From Synechococcales cyanobacterium VAR_4_metabat_354 (lineage in GTDB: Bacteria; Cyanobacteriota; Cyanobacteriia; Cyanobacteriales; Chamaesiphonaceae): a DNA stretch of 64,000 nucleotides. The stretch spans positions 32,001 through 96,000 of the forward strand of contig JANOQI010000054.1 of the NCBI GenBank assembly GCA_031414775.1, given 5' to 3'. Below the pieces are notes generated by a model. It was not told where the DNA came from and made no database searches. It saw only the letters and a list, made by a program, of their open reading frames with translations. The position numbers and the translations under genes were made by a program. The first letter of the stretch is position 1; the number at the start of each line of letters is the position of its first letter. Positions 50,498 to 62,110 of the stretch are shown one piece after another.

Positions 50498-52271
50498 TTT
50501 GTTGGCCAGCTAATTCAAAAGCCTGGTGAATAGTCTGGAGAGCGATCACCCCTTGTTCTTGGGGTACTAAGCAACTGACCCGAATCTCTGAAGTAGTAAT
50601 CATTTGGATGTTGATTCCGGCACTGGCTAGAGCTTGAAACATTTTGCTGGCGATGCCCGGTTGACCGATCATGCCAGAACCGACAATGCTAACCTTGGCG
50701 ATTGCCTCGTCCACAACAATGTCACCACATTCCAAATGAGCCGCTTCTAAGATGTTTTTGGCATCATAGGCATCAGCCTGGGCAATGGTGCAGGCAATAT
50801 CGCGGGTCGTCACACCGTTAATTAGGCGGGTGCGCTGGGACTGAATAATCATATCGACACTGATATTTTTATCGGCTAGCAGTCCAAAGAGGTGAGCAGC
50901 CATGCCTGGTCGATCGGGCACATTCAAGACTGCTAACCGAGCTTGTTTGAGGTCTAAGGCCACGCCTCGCACTGGAACAGAGTTCAGGTGCTGATCTTCT
51001 ACCGGTGCTGGAGCAATCCCAATCCCAAAATGTTGGCAGAGCAGCGTTACCGCTCGATCACATTGGTCGGCGGTAATCACACAGCTCACTTTGATCTCGG
51101 AGGTGGAGATCATTTGGATATTAATTTGGGCGTTGGCTAGTAGCCGGAAAATTTCGGCGGCGATGGCTGGCCGACCAATCATTCCCGCTCCAGCCACACT
51201 GATTTTGGCGATTTGATCATCACCCATAACGGTGGCTGTAATTTTACCAGAGGGAGCGGCGAGGGCGGGGGCGATCGCTTCTGCTACCGACTGGGCACGT
51301 TGCATGATCGATCGATCAACGGTGAAAGCAATATCGTTACTGTTGCCCTCGTGAATAGACTGAATGATCAAGTCCACATTCACATTCTTTTTACCCATTT
51401 CGGTGAATAACTTGCTGGCAATCCCTGGCCGATCAGGAACATGCAGCATTGCAATCTTAGCTTGGCCGGTAGTGAATTCCACCGCATCTACTGCCTGGGC
51501 AATTTCCAGATTTTTCAGGGGGCGGGGGCTGAGTACTGGTGAAATAACTTTGGTGCCCGGATCGTCTGTCCAGCTAGATCTGACGACCAAGGGTACGCCG
51601 TAATTGCGGGCAATTTCCACCGCCCTGGGATGAAGGACTTTCGCACCTAAGCTGGCTAATTCCAGCATTTCATCGGCGGTAATCTGCTCCAGCAATTGAG
51701 CATTGGCGACTAGGCGCGGATCGGTAGTATAGATGCCCGGTACATCGGTGTAGATTTCGCAATAGTCGGCTTTCAGGGCGGCGGCTAAGGCGACAGCAGA
51801 GGTATCAGAGCCGCCCCGACCGAGGGTAGTGATTTCTAGGTCATCTAGGCAGCTAACACCCTGAAAGCCAGCTACTACGACAACTTCCTGTCGATCGAGA
51901 TGACGGGTAATGCGATCGGTCTCAATTTCTACGATCCGCGCTCGGGTATGTTCTTTCTCGGTCAGAATGCCCACTTGAGCGCCCGTCAGGGAAATAGCCG
52001 CTTGGCCAGCCGCTTGCAGCGCCATACTTAGGAGCGCGATCGTCACCTGCTCGCCGGTAGCTAGCAACATATCCATTTCCCGGCGAGAGGGCTGAGTGGC
52101 GATGTCCTGGGCGAGTGCTACGAGGCCATCGGTTGCTTTGGCCATCGCCGATACCACCACTACCACCGAGTTACCGGCGTTAACCGTGCGGATCACTCGT
52201 TTAGCGACTTCCTTGATCCGCTCTGCGGAGCCAACAGATGTTCCCCCATATTTTTGGACGATCAGAGCCAT
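50478..52271 (-). CDS. lysC: Aspartate kinase (four ACT domains)
   Basis: VQKYGGTSV, TTLGRGGSDTSA, YTDVPG and repeated PDRPG/TSEI ACT motifs. Confidence 0.95.
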   Translation of the reverse strand: MALIVQKYGGTSVGSAERIKEVAKRVIRTVNAGNSVVVVVSAMAKATDGLVALAQDIATQPSRREMDMLLATGEQVTIALLSMALQAAGQAAISLTGAQVGILTEKEHTRARIVEIETDRITRHLDRQEVVVVAGFQGVSCLDDLEITTLGRGGSDTSAVALAAALKADYCEIYTDVPGIYTTDPRLVANAQLLEQITADEMLELASLGAKVLHPRAVEIARNYGVPLVVRSSWTDDPGTKVISPVLSPRPLKNLEIAQAVDAVEFTTGQAKIAMLHVPDRPGIASKLFTEMGKKNVNVDLIIQSIHEGNSNDIAFTVDRSIMQRAQSVAEAIAPALAAPSGKITATVMGDDQIAKISVAGAGMIGRPAIAAEIFRLLANAQINIQMISTSEIKVSCVITADQCDRAVTLLCQHFGIGIAPAPVEDQHLNSVPVRGVALDLKQARLAVLNVPDRPGMAAHLFGLLADKNISVDMIIQSQRTRLINGVTTRDIACTIAQADAYDAKNILEAAHLECGDIVVDEAIAKVSIVGSGMIGQPGIASKMFQALASAGINIQMITTSEIRVSCLVPQEQGVIALQTIHQAFELAGQQTIAVPG

Positions 52272-52282
52272 TCTTTTCCTCG

Positions 52283-53521
52283 TTAATTTTTCTTGAATTT
52301 ATCGGTGATCCGTTGCATGGCTTCGTTCACATTGGCACGGCTATTAAAAGCCGAAATCCGAAAATAGCCTTCCCCTGCGGCTCCAAACCCAGAACCAGGC
52401 GTACCCACAACATTACAGCTGTGGAGTAGCTTGTCAAAAAAGTCCCAGCTGGAGAGACCATCGGGGGTTTTTACCCAGACATAAGGAGCATTGATACCGC
52501 CATAAACTTGCAGTCCAGCGGCGCTCAGTTGGGCACGAATGATCTGGGCGTTTTCCATGTAAAAGTTCACCAAAGCCTTGGTCTGAGCTTGACCATCCGG
52601 TGAGTAAACCGCCTCCGCACCGCGTTGCACGATGTAAGAAACCCCGTTGAATTTAGTCGATTGGCGGCGATTCCAGAGCTTCCATAGCTCCACGTCTGAA
52701 CCATCAGCGGCTTTGCCAGTAAGAGTTTTGGGCACCACGCTGAGAGCGCAGCGAGTACCAGTGAATCCGGCATTTTTAGAAAAAGAACGGAATTCGATCG
52801 CACAGTCCCGAGCACCGGGAATTTCGTAAATGGAATGGGGAATATCCGGATCAGTGATGAACGCTTCATAAGCCGCATCAAAAAAGATGATCGAGCCGTG
52901 GGCTTTAGCGTAATCGACCCAAGCCTGAAGATGTTCTCTGGTGGCCACGGCACCAGTGGGATTATTCGGAAAGCATAGATAGATTAGGTCTACTTTTTGG
53001 CTGGGAATCTGGGCGGTAAAGTTATTTTCAGCCGTTACTGGCAAATAAACCAAGCCCCCATATTCACCTTTTTCATTAGCTTCGCCCGTGTGGCCAGCCA
53101 TCACATTGGTGTCTACATAGACTGGGTAAACTGGATCGGTGACCGCGATCGAGTTATTGTGGCCAAAAATATCCAGCATATTGCCGTTGTCGCACTTAGA
53201 ACCATCGGAGATGAAAATTTCATCGGCACTAATATCACAACCCCGCGCCTGAAAGTCTTGAGCGGCAATTTTTTCCCGCAGCCATGCATAGCCTTGCTCG
53301 GGGCCATAGCCCTTAAAACCAGCGGGGTTGCCCATGTCTTCGACAGCGGTAATCATAGCCGATCGACAGGCAGCTGGCAGTGGTTCGGTCACATCGCCAA
53401 TCCCCAGCCGAATAATCGGAGCCTGGGGATGATCGGCTGCAAAGTTATTTACTCGCCGTGCAATTTCTGGAAACAAGTACCCAGCCTTAAGCTTGAGGTA
53501 GTTATCGTTGATAGTAGCCAC
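52283..53521 (-). CDS. dapL: LL-diaminopimelate aminotransferase
   Basis: [29 protein letters not shown] and [10 protein letters not shown] motifs. Confidence 0.95.
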   Translation of the reverse strand: MATINDNYLKLKAGYLFPEIARRVNNFAADHPQAPIIRLGIGDVTEPLPAACRSAMITAVEDMGNPAGFKGYGPEQGYAWLREKIAAQDFQARGCDISADEIFISDGSKCDNGNMLDIFGHNNSIAVTDPVYPVYVDTNVMAGHTGEANEKGEYGGLVYLPVTAENNFTAQIPSQKVDLIYLCFPNNPTGAVATREHLQAWVDYAKAHGSIIFFDAAYEAFITDPDIPHSIYEIPGARDCAIEFRSFSKNAGFTGTRCALSVVPKTLTGKAADGSDVELWKLWNRRQSTKFNGVSYIVQRGAEAVYSPDGQAQTKALVNFYMENAQIIRAQLSAAGLQVYGGINAPYVWVKTPDGLSSWDFFDKLLHSCNVVGTPGSGFGAAGEGYFRISAFNSRANVNEAMQRITDKFKKN

Positions 53522-53592
53522 AGTTGTCTCTTCTTGAACGTTATTGTGACCCTAGTTTACCTGCTGAGCTGCCTCAATTGGTATCTCCAGGA

Positions 53593-54570
53593 TCAATCGG
53601 TGCTGGCATTTTCGGCCTTTTTGGGCAGTGGCCGCACTGTCGGCCTCGCGATCACCTCTGCGTTCTCCCCTGACTTTTTGATGATTGGTCGTCCCGCTGG
53701 AATGTCCGACCCACGGACATCTTTAGGATCATCACCTTCATACTTCCGGAAAGACCTTTGCCCTCCGGCACCTTTACTTGGTTTTGGCCGCAGAGTAGCT
53801 ACCTGATTTCCAGTTCTAATCACTAAGTCATCGCCTTGGCGCAGTACATCAAACTCCCAAAAATCTCCTACCATTTTTTGAGGGAAATCGCCAATCAGAC
53901 GTAGTTTAAAGTGGCGCGGTTCTTCATCTTTTTTACGAGCGGCCTGCCGCACTTTTACAAAAATTTCCTTGGTATCCCGTGCCTGAAAAATCACTTCACC
54001 TCGCACCGAAAAATAATTATCGGGGATGCCAATATGATCGGGAGTTGGTAGTTTTTCCTCAGCAGCATTGGCCGCCGCTGCTGCCGTACCCTCATTGCCA
54101 TAAACTAATTTAGGATCCCAAATTCCCATCACCTGAATATGCAATTTGCCATCATCCTTGCGAATGCGGGGATATACCACCCACAAATGAGACTGCTCTA
54201 AATCCAGATGTTTTTTAGTCAGGCTCATAATCCGACCTAGCAATACAGCATCAATCAGAGTGCCATCGTCAGCAAGCATGGAACCCCTGGTCAATTCATC
54301 GGGAGCTGGTGAATATTTGCCCTGCACCAAGCCGATCGCTCGGTACTGCAATGGTTCACTGGCCAACGGAATCGGCATATTACCGTTAAGTTCCAGCATT
54401 GGTAGTGCTGGTGGGTAATCTCGTGGTGTTCGTGATGGTTTAGCGACTTCACTCTTCGGACGCTTCACAGGTTTGTTTGGTTTAGGAGCTAAGGATGGCT
54501 CGGTCGAAAAATTTTCGGAACTCATAATGCACTGGGGGTAGCGAGAGAATTCTTCTCTCGATTTACTCAA
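53593..54570 (-). CDS. Conserved hypothetical cyanobacterial protein
   Basis: QYRAIGLV.G.Y, HLWVVYPR and FSVRGEV blocks; start uncertain. Confidence 0.7.
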   Translation of the reverse strand: MSKSREEFSRYPQCIMSSENFSTEPSLAPKPNKPVKRPKSEVAKPSRTPRDYPPALPMLELNGNMPIPLASEPLQYRAIGLVQGKYSPAPDELTRGSMLADDGTLIDAVLLGRIMSLTKKHLDLEQSHLWVVYPRIRKDDGKLHIQVMGIWDPKLVYGNEGTAAAAANAAEEKLPTPDHIGIPDNYFSVRGEVIFQARDTKEIFVKVRQAARKKDEEPRHFKLRLIGDFPQKMVGDFWEFDVLRQGDDLVIRTGNQVATLRPKPSKGAGGQRSFRKYEGDDPKDVRGSDIPAGRPIIKKSGENAEVIARPTVRPLPKKAENASTD

Positions 54571-54611
54571 CTAATAAATAATATTGTATTTTTTTATGGC
54601 CTAGCTGCGGC

Positions 54612-56123
54612 CTAACGAGTGATGACGACCTGATTTTTACGCTGCTTGCGGCTCAGACTGACAATTAGCTTGGGTTTAACGGCCTCAAACTCCTCTTTTA
54701 GATATTTTCTACTGACTTTTTGCTCATTAGAACTAGGTGTGATTTGACTCTCTGCCAGCCATTCTTCTAATTTTAAAACTTTTGTACTAGGAATTTTACC
54801 TTTAATGATGCTAATACAATGATCATCTCCGTCTAGACCAAAAAATAAGAGGCGGTAGCTTTGAGTTTTGGCTAATGTGCTCAAGGTTTTTTCACTAGTT
54901 TGCTTCTTTAAGTCTAAATAGGAAGGGAGTAAACGATGCTGTTGTTCGTTGTGATAGAGCGCAGCAATCCAGAGCAGCATGGGATGTGGTGTCGCCAAAA
55001 AGAGGAACTGACAATGGGGTGGTTGTTGTTTGTAATAGTTGATTTCGGCGCGCGACAGCATAATCCACAGAGTGGCTCCTACCTCTGATTCATATTCCAT
55101 CAAACGGGGGAAAACAATTTCGGCTCGGGGTTTATCGGCTGGCCAGGTGGCTTGCAAGCATAATTCATCGAGGCTATTAACTTTTTTGGTCGATTTGGCT
55201 GGGCGTTTACCGCTAGAAGTAGTCGTTCCCGAAATATAGGTGGATTCGAGCAGCTCGATCGCATGTAGAATTTCTTCGACGTTTTGGGGTCGATCTTTAA
55301 CAGATTTAGCCATGCAGCTCATCACTAATTCTTCGACCTCTTGGGGCAAATCCAGTGTGGGGCAGGCTTCTTTGAAAGATTTGGGGGCAACTTTATGATG
55401 GACGTTAAACCAGCCCTCAAAAGAACTAGCGGACGGACGCAAGGGCAATTCCCCGGTGAGCATCTGGAACATCATGATCCCCAGACTGTAAATGTCCGAT
55501 CGATTGTCTAAGACCTTGCCTTCCATTTGCTCGGGTGAACAATAGGCGGGAGTGCCCATAAAACCTGTCGGGGAGTCATCGGACTGAAGCAGGGCAATGC
55601 CAAAGTCTAGAACCTTTACAAAATCCCCCAAAGTGGGATTTTGGGTCACAATAATGTTGCTGGGCTTGATGTCGCGGTGAATTACCTGGCACAGATTTCC
55701 CTCAATTTCAATTCCTTCGTGAGCGCAATCTAAACCAAGACAAATTTGGCGTAGAACATTAAAAAACCGGGGCAATGGCATGGGGCGCTTGTGGATAATA
55801 TCTTTGAGACTATCGCCCTGTAAAAATTCCATTACATAGAAGGGCATCTCGGTCTCATCCAAGCCATAGTCGCGCACTTTGACGATGTGAATACTGTTTT
55901 CACCCAACAAGGCACTAATGGTGGCCTCTTGCATAAACCTGTCGCGAATTTTTTGGGTGAGGCTGGCTTTCGATAAAAACTTCACTGCAACCTTTACGCC
56001 ACCCAACAGCATATCTTTTGCCAGATACACTTGACCCATGGAACCCTTGCCAGCTATTTCTAGCAGCTGATAGCGCTGCATGATCAGCCGACCATAATTC
56101 TCATCTTTATTACTCATTACCAA
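54612..56123 (-). CDS. Ser/Thr protein kinase (Hanks type, possibly SpkA-like)
   Basis: GKGSMGQV, VAVK, HRDIKPSN, DFG, GTPAYCSPEQ and SDIYSLG motifs; soluble C-terminal domain. Confidence 0.9.
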   Translation of the reverse strand: MVMSNKDENYGRLIMQRYQLLEIAGKGSMGQVYLAKDMLLGGVKVAVKFLSKASLTQKIRDRFMQEATISALLGENSIHIVKVRDYGLDETEMPFYVMEFLQGDSLKDIIHKRPMPLPRFFNVLRQICLGLDCAHEGIEIEGNLCQVIHRDIKPSNIIVTQNPTLGDFVKVLDFGIALLQSDDSPTGFMGTPAYCSPEQMEGKVLDNRSDIYSLGIMMFQMLTGELPLRPSASSFEGWFNVHHKVAPKSFKEACPTLDLPQEVEELVMSCMAKSVKDRPQNVEEILHAIELLESTYISGTTTSSGKRPAKSTKKVNSLDELCLQATWPADKPRAEIVFPRLMEYESEVGATLWIMLSRAEINYYKQQPPHCQFLFLATPHPMLLWIAALYHNEQQHRLLPSYLDLKKQTSEKTLSTLAKTQSYRLLFFGLDGDDHCISIIKGKIPSTKVLKLEEWLAESQITPSSNEQKVSRKYLKEEFEAVKPKLIVSLSRKQRKNQVVITR

Positions 56124-56244
56124 TCTGCCTCCACAAAGGTAGTTGCGGTGCAGGGTAACAATTGGCGATCGCCGGAGCGGGGAGAACCATGACTGTGGTC
56201 AACTCTTTTTACAATATACAAGCGAAAACTTCCTGGCAGCTTGC

Positions 56245-56688
56245 CTAACACTGGCGACTAAACTGCAATTCCATCAGGCTAGCGAGACGATTCATACAAA
56301 TAGAACTATGTGCTAAGCGATAATTATTATGATCGATTTGATGAAAAGCCTCAAAGCCAGTCCGCTTGTGCTGATCATCTAAAACCCAGTAGCGTTGCAC
56401 CACTGAGTCTGAACCTATCCAACCTTCTCCTTCAATCTTCCCCATTTGACTATGAGTCAAAATAAATGTGTACTGCTGGGCACCAGGTTCTAAGTAACCA
56501 CGATACTGCCAGGTAATGTCTGGATGGGACTGATCTGGAATGCTTAACTTAGTAATCATCGTAAACCAATTATCCATGCTCCAAGCTACAACTGTCTTAC
56601 CAGTTACAGTTAGAGGCGGCTTGTTATCTTCTTGCCAGATCCCGGAGGATTTCCAACGACCGGGCTGAAGTAAAAAAGTATGTGTCAC
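56245..56688 (-). CDS. Conserved hypothetical protein
   Basis: HTFLL.PG.W, G.IEGEGWI and VQRYW blocks; co-oriented upstream of the kinase. Confidence 0.65.
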   Translation of the reverse strand: MTHTFLLQPGRWKSSGIWQEDNKPPLTVTGKTVVAWSMDNWFTMITKLSIPDQSHPDITWQYRGYLEPGAQQYTFILTHSQMGKIEGEGWIGSDSVVQRYWVLDDQHKRTGFEAFHQIDHNNYRLAHSSICMNRLASLMELQFSRQC

Positions 56689-56763
56689 TGGTCAATTGCA
56701 TTAGTGAGAGATGGATCAAAAGATACCAGATTAATATACCCAGCTGGTGAGTAGCGTTCACAG

Positions 56764-57900
56764 TTACTGTAATGTGAATTCATGAATGTCTCCTAGAAGT
56801 ACGGCTGAACTAGCCCCAGTGACTAGCCGTAAATTGCCTGGAATCTGGTGCCAGCGCCAATAGGCTAAGACAGCGAAGGCAATCGCCTCCTTAAAATCGC
56901 TATCTAAGCCAGCGGCGATGGTAGTTGTCACTTGGGCGGTGGGTAAGAGTTCTTGTAGACATTTCTTTAAGAAAAGATTATGTGCTCCGCCACCACAGAG
57001 TAATACTTTGTCGGGTTGATGGGGCAAGCGGCGATAGCTAGTGGCAATGCTAGCGGCGGTGAGAGCCGTAATGGTGGCCAAAAAGTCGGGGGCACTGAGC
57101 TGACTGGCATCTTGGCGACAAGCCCGGAGATACTCTCGGCCAAACAGCTCTCGGCCAGTAGATTTGGGGGGTGCCATCTGGAAATATTCTTGCTGGAGCC
57201 ACTGCTCTACTAAAGCCTGACAGACCTGACCCTGTGCTGCCCAGGCACCATCTTGATCGTAGGTTTTTTGACCATTGCTCAGTTCGCTCACTGCCAGGTC
57301 AATCAGGCTGTTGCCTGGTCCTGTGTCCCAGCCAGTAATTTGGGATTCCCAGTTGACTTGGGAGCGGGGTGGCAAGTAGGTGAAGTTGCCGATGCCCCCA
57401 ATATTTTGAATACAAAGATGGGCATCTCGATCGCTTAACAAGTAAGCATCAACTTTGGGGACTAGCGGTGCTCCTTGGCCACCCGCTGCAATATCGGCAG
57501 CCCGAAAATTATCGATGACCATCAGCCCGGTTTGTCTGGCGATCACAGCACCCCGGCCAATCTGGTGGCTATAGCCGAGTTGCTGGGGGGTAGCGGGACG
57601 ATGAAAAACTGTTTGGCCGTGGGAACCAATTAGTTTCGCTACTTGGTGGGTAGCTTGGATATTTTGGACTGCTGTGGCAAAACAATGAGCGATCGCATCA
57701 TCTAGCTGGGCTAGTTCGGCCATGCTCAGTTTGGCTCCAGCACAAACATCTAAAATTTGCTGGCGCAGAGCGGGGGGATAGGGATAGGTATCACCAGCGA
57801 TCAGTTGCACTTGTAAATCGGTGGTGGTGCCCTGAATCTCTACTAGGGCGGCATCAATGCCATCCACGGACGTACCGCTCATCAGTCCAATGACTAACAT
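56764..57900 (-). CDS. anmK: Anhydro-N-acetylmuramic acid kinase
   Basis: [46 protein letters not shown] and KEA.AFA motifs. Confidence 0.95.
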   Translation of the reverse strand: MLVIGLMSGTSVDGIDAALVEIQGTTTDLQVQLIAGDTYPYPPALRQQILDVCAGAKLSMAELAQLDDAIAHCFATAVQNIQATHQVAKLIGSHGQTVFHRPATPQQLGYSHQIGRGAVIARQTGLMVIDNFRAADIAAGGQGAPLVPKVDAYLLSDRDAHLCIQNIGGIGNFTYLPPRSQVNWESQITGWDTGPGNSLIDLAVSELSNGQKTYDQDGAWAAQGQVCQALVEQWLQQEYFQMAPPKSTGRELFGREYLRACRQDASQLSAPDFLATITALTAASIATSYRRLPHQPDKVLLCGGGAHNLFLKKCLQELLPTAQVTTTIAAGLDSDFKEAIAFAVLAYWRWHQIPGNLRLVTGASSAVLLGDIHEFTLQ

Positions 57901-57927
57901 CTGGCGACTCCTCTGTTTACACTTACG

Positions 57928-58803
57928 CTAATTATCATGGAAAGCCGGTGTGGATAGAAAGCCAACAGTAGCATCGAGAGCTATTACTGGCAGGTCTTCA
58001 CCAAAAATCTTGCGTACCTTGATTTCTCGATAAAACTCTTCTTGGCTGAGTTCTACCTTGGATTGGGACGAGAGCAGTAGTAGTGCCCAGAATACCCCGA
58101 CTCGATCGTGAGTAGTAATTTCACCCTGATCGTTTTCCATAGCTTTGACCCACAGACGCAACAAGTCTTCTAAGTCAATCCAGTCTAGCTCAGTGGCTTG
58201 TAAGAATTCAGCCAGCTGGGCCGCTGTTTCGGTGAGGTTTTCGCTGTGGGCTAAGTCGGCAATCGCTTGGGCTGCTTTGGTGGCCGAAAGATTGACTATT
58301 CTGGCTTTACGTGGGCGGAGTGGCTGATCGCTCATTTTGGCGGCGATCGATCGCAACTGCTGAATTAAATCCTGGAGGGTCACTGGCCGCCGTTGCATGG
58401 GGCTAGAAGTGAGGCGACGGCGAATCCGTTGTTCTAAGTTGGGCGGTAGTGCCCGCAACTCCAACAGAGCCAACTGGTCAGTATCATCGAGCAAGAAATC
58501 TTCTTCAATCTCTGGAAACTGTTGCTCTTCGAGGCTATTGGCTTTAAGCAGTACTAGCATGGCTGCCCACAAAAAGGCTTGACCAGAAAGAGATAAATTA
58601 GCCTGTTTATCGCCAGCCATCGCCGCAATTTGTTGCGGAATTCGGCTGAGATGATTGTCAATCACATCAATCACCTGCACATCCCAGGGGTTGATTTCTC
58701 CCCGTTGAGCCAGATCAATTAATAGGTCGATCCCCAGCTGGGTTAAGGCATGGGGGTCGATCTCTGGCGATCGGACTTGTTCTCGTTCTGGGAGTAGCAC
58801 CAT
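57928..58803 (-). CDS. scpA: Segregation/condensation protein A (kleisin)
   Basis: GEINPWDV, A.LV.LKA, RRPVTL..LI and FWALLLL..Q.KV.L.Q motifs. Confidence 0.85.
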   Translation of the reverse strand: MVLLPEREQVRSPEIDPHALTQLGIDLLIDLAQRGEINPWDVQVIDVIDNHLSRIPQQIAAMAGDKQANLSLSGQAFLWAAMLVLLKANSLEEQQFPEIEEDFLLDDTDQLALLELRALPPNLEQRIRRRLTSSPMQRRPVTLQDLIQQLRSIAAKMSDQPLRPRKARIVNLSATKAAQAIADLAHSENLTETAAQLAEFLQATELDWIDLEDLLRLWVKAMENDQGEITTHDRVGVFWALLLLSSQSKVELSQEEFYREIKVRKIFGEDLPVIALDATVGFLSTPAFHDN

Positions 58804-58889
58804 TTATTTAATTATGAGCAATAACACTTAGCTAAATACGTGAAAATAAAATTCAAGTGAAAAATTGGTAAAAGGTTAAGAATATTTTT

Positions 58890-59963
58890 TTAACGTTCTT
58901 CACTGGTAGCCAGCGCGAGTTCCTCTTCTTTTTGGGATTGGCGAATCATATCGATAGTACTCTTGATCGTACCAGCGATCGGCACTCCTACTAACACTCC
59001 CAAAAAGCCCGCAATTTGCAAACCCACCAGCACCGCTAGCAGAATCATCACCGGATTGAGACCAATAAAGTCACCCATCAGTTTGGGAGCTAAAAAATTA
59101 TCCTTAACCTGCTGCAAGACAAAAGAGGTGCCGCCGACCCACAAGGCTAAGGGCAAACTTTTCAGGAGCACTAACAAGGTGACAATGCCGATGCCCAAAG
59201 TGGCTCCCACAAAGGGAATTAATTGAGACAGTCCAATGAAAATGGCGAAAGACAGGCCAAAGGGGACATTTAAGAAAAAGAAAATAATGGTCAAAGCTAG
59301 AGCCATAAAGCCCCCTAGCAAAAATTGACTGATGAAAAAACGCTGAAAATTCATCCGTAGGGATTCACCCAAAGAATATCCCCAGGGCGGGGGCAACACT
59401 TTGATAATTCCATTCCACATCTTGTCGCCATCGATCAGCATATAAACACTTAAAACGATGATCAAGAAGAAGTCTAGCAGGCCGGAGGCGGTGCCTACTG
59501 CTAAAGTGACTACCTGACTAGCAAAGCCTTCAATTTGTCGTTGCAAGTTGGAGTTGATTTGGGTGCGTAATACATTAAAATCCAGGCGTAGACCACGCTT
59601 TTGGGCTAGCTGCTCTAGGTCATTAATATTTTGATTACTGCCCTGAATCCATTTGGGTACTTGTTCGGAGAGTCCGGCCACTTGTTCGATGACACTGGGC
59701 ACAACCGTTACGGCTAGTACTACTACTAGTACTAAAGAAATTATCAGTACTACAAACACTGCTTGCGATCGACTAATGGCGGCTCGATCAAGGAACCGAA
59801 CTGGGTAATTGAGTAAAAAAGCCACGATTGCCGAAACTACTAGGATCGTGATGAGGTGCTCAAAATACCGAAAAACTTGGGAAAATAACCAAATATTAAT
59901 GGCGGTAGCCGCACTGAGCAGCAGCCATACTAATAATTTATTGGCGTTGATTGATCGCCACAT
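58890..59963 (-). CDS. AI-2E family transporter
   Basis: AFLLNYPV, IPFVGA, APKLMG..IGLNP and G.LG...GVP motifs. Confidence 0.88.
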   Translation of the reverse strand: MWRSINANKLLVWLLLSAATAINIWLFSQVFRYFEHLITILVVSAIVAFLLNYPVRFLDRAAISRSQAVFVVLIISLVLVVVLAVTVVPSVIEQVAGLSEQVPKWIQGSNQNINDLEQLAQKRGLRLDFNVLRTQINSNLQRQIEGFASQVVTLAVGTASGLLDFFLIIVLSVYMLIDGDKMWNGIIKVLPPPWGYSLGESLRMNFQRFFISQFLLGGFMALALTIIFFFLNVPFGLSFAIFIGLSQLIPFVGATLGIGIVTLLVLLKSLPLALWVGGTSFVLQQVKDNFLAPKLMGDFIGLNPVMILLAVLVGLQIAGFLGVLVGVPIAGTIKSTIDMIRQSQKEEELALATSEER

Positions 59964-60057
59964 GCAAAATTAAGGGGTGAAATATTGCTCCCAATCTAAC
60001 ATTCTTGGCCATTGTTAACTCTTGCCCAAGAATTAGCCGGAACATGACAACGTATAA

Positions 60058-61281
60058 TTGCGGTCAAAGGAACTGTCCAGCCTGATGCTGTTGCCTATGT
60101 CTATTTCTGTTCACTTACTGCCCAATCCACAGGGCGTTTTGCATATTCCCTCTGTGACCAATAGCGAAATCCAGTTGTCGCTGATTTTGCCCACTTATCA
60201 GGAAGGACAAAATATTGCCCAAATTGTCGAGCTATTAGCCAGCAAGTTAGATATTATTTTGCCCGGTGCCTACGAATTAATTGTGGTGGATGATGATAGC
60301 CCCGATCGCACCTGGGAGATAGCCGCTGCCTTGACTCAGCAGTATCCCCAACTGCATGTCATGCGGCGCACGACGGAGCGGGGGTTGGCAACGGCGGTGG
60401 TAAGGGGCTGGCAAGCTGCGCAAGGACGGGTCTTGGGAGTCATTGATGCCGATTTGCAACATCCCCCAGAAGTATTAGGACAACTGTGGCAGGCGCTGCA
60501 CGCACAAAATGCTGACCTAGCGGTGGCTAGTCGCAATGCGGATGGCGGTGGAGTGAGTGAATGGAGTTTGTTACGGCGCTGTCTATCGCGGGGGGCACAA
60601 GTATTGGGGTTGGTGTTGCTACCGGAGGTAGTTGGTCGGATTAGTGACCCGATGAGTGGTTATTTTTTACTGCGGCGGGAGGCGATTGCTGGTCGGACTC
60701 TCAGTCCGTTAGGATACAAGATTTTGATCGAAGCAGTGGGGCGGGGGCAGGTGAGTAAAATCGCCGAGGTGGGCTATGAGTTTCAGGAGCGCCAGAGTGG
60801 TGAGAGCAAGGTTACTGCTCGGCAATATGTGGAATATATTCAGCATTTAGTCCGGTTGCGACTAGCGCGCAGTAGTAGGTTTTTGCGGTTTATTGCGGTG
60901 GGCTTGAGTGGGCTAGCGATCGATATGCTAATTCTTTATCTGTTGACCGATGCCAGCACGCTGCATTTGCCCTTGACCCGGAGTGCGATTGTGGCGGGTG
61001 AAATTGCTATTATCAATAATTTTTTCTGGAACGATCGCTGGACTTTTCACGATCTGTCCAGTCAACAGACTGGGCGACGACAAATGATGCGGCGCTTTCT
61101 GAAATTTAATTTGATATGTCTGATGGGCTTAGTGCTAAAAGCGCTGATTTTGAACTTGCTGTTCAACTTTGTATTCCATAACCAGTACATCAGCAATTTC
61201 CTAGCAATCGTCTGTGTCACGCTCTGGAATTTTTGGATTAATCTTAAACTTAGTTGGCGAGTGACCGATCGACAAAACTGA
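60058..61281 (+). CDS. GT2 polyprenol-phosphate glycosyltransferase fused to a GtrA-like domain
   Basis: LPTYQE, VDDDSPD, DADLQHPP, DPMSG and GESK motifs; C-terminal 4-TM part with NNFFWN..WTF; true start may be ATG 60097. Confidence 0.88.
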   Translation: MRSKELSSLMLLPMSISVHLLPNPQGVLHIPSVTNSEIQLSLILPTYQEGQNIAQIVELLASKLDIILPGAYELIVVDDDSPDRTWEIAAALTQQYPQLHVMRRTTERGLATAVVRGWQAAQGRVLGVIDADLQHPPEVLGQLWQALHAQNADLAVASRNADGGGVSEWSLLRRCLSRGAQVLGLVLLPEVVGRISDPMSGYFLLRREAIAGRTLSPLGYKILIEAVGRGQVSKIAEVGYEFQERQSGESKVTARQYVEYIQHLVRLRLARSSRFLRFIAVGLSGLAIDMLILYLLTDASTLHLPLTRSAIVAGEIAIINNFFWNDRWTFHDLSSQQTGRRQMMRRFLKFNLICLMGLVLKALILNLLFNFVFHNQYISNFLAIVCVTLWNFWINLKLSWRVTDRQN

Positions 61282-62088
61282 TTAACTATTTTGAGCTTCG
61301 GTGTGAACATCCAAACCCAAAAAATCCTCAATTTGATCGACAATCTGCTGATCCTGATGTCGCCGGGAGCATGATAAATATTTTTTACTGAGCGGCTGAG
61401 TATGCCCATCATTAGTCTTTAGCACCAAGCGATGTGGCATATTTTCTGACGATCCAGCTACATACACTTGTTTTTTATCTTCTAATTCGACCCCATTAAT
61501 GTGACTGATGGCATATCGATCAATCTGCTGACCTTTCCAGCTCCAGTTATGCACCTGACACTCATTTTGGTCTTTATTAAATTTAACGATGGTCAAACCG
61601 CCGGACAACAGGAAAACTAAACAAGTCAATCCAGCAGCACCGGACACGAAATATGCCAAGTTTAAACCCCCATCAGCAACTTTAAACGCGCTAGCAGTGG
61701 GTGATTCCAAAAACGCGGCTAGTTGGCTGGCGATTTGGTCTCTTTCGGCGGCATCGCCAGCGAGAGTCACCGGCATCGTCTTACCATCTTTCCCAATGAG
61801 CAGAACTCTTGTCCAGGGATTTTCTTCGTCACTGTTGTTGGCTTCTAGGTCAACTTTTTGGATGGTATTGAAGGGAATTGATTGGCTTTGGTGGGTAAAC
61901 AAACCATTATTCTGGAGCCGACACTGACCAGTTAATGGTGTCGATCGATAGCAAGAAAGTTTGATTTCTTGCCCAAAAATATTGCTCACGGCCAAGCCTG
62001 TGAGCAACGCCCCTAGGGGTATTAATAAAGAAGGCCAATTATTTTGCCAGAGGGTGAGAGTGCGATCGGTCTTTTTGAAAATTCGCAT
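61282..62088 (-). CDS. Hypothetical membrane protein
   Basis: Two TM segments, each followed by a beta-rich soluble region. Confidence 0.6.
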   Translation of the reverse strand: MRIFKKTDRTLTLWQNNWPSLLIPLGALLTGLAVSNIFGQEIKLSCYRSTPLTGQCRLQNNGLFTHQSQSIPFNTIQKVDLEANNSDEENPWTRVLLIGKDGKTMPVTLAGDAAERDQIASQLAAFLESPTASAFKVADGGLNLAYFVSGAAGLTCLVFLLSGGLTIVKFNKDQNECQVHNWSWKGQQIDRYAISHINGVELEDKKQVYVAGSSENMPHRLVLKTNDGHTQPLSKKYLSCSRRHQDQQIVDQIEDFLGLDVHTEAQNS

Positions 62089-62110
62089 AGTTTAAAGCCT
62101 ATCCGTTATG

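Noticed and set aside
52997..53806. 269-aa plus-strand ORF
   Set aside because: Antisense to dapL and the neighbouring gene; no recognisable motifs.
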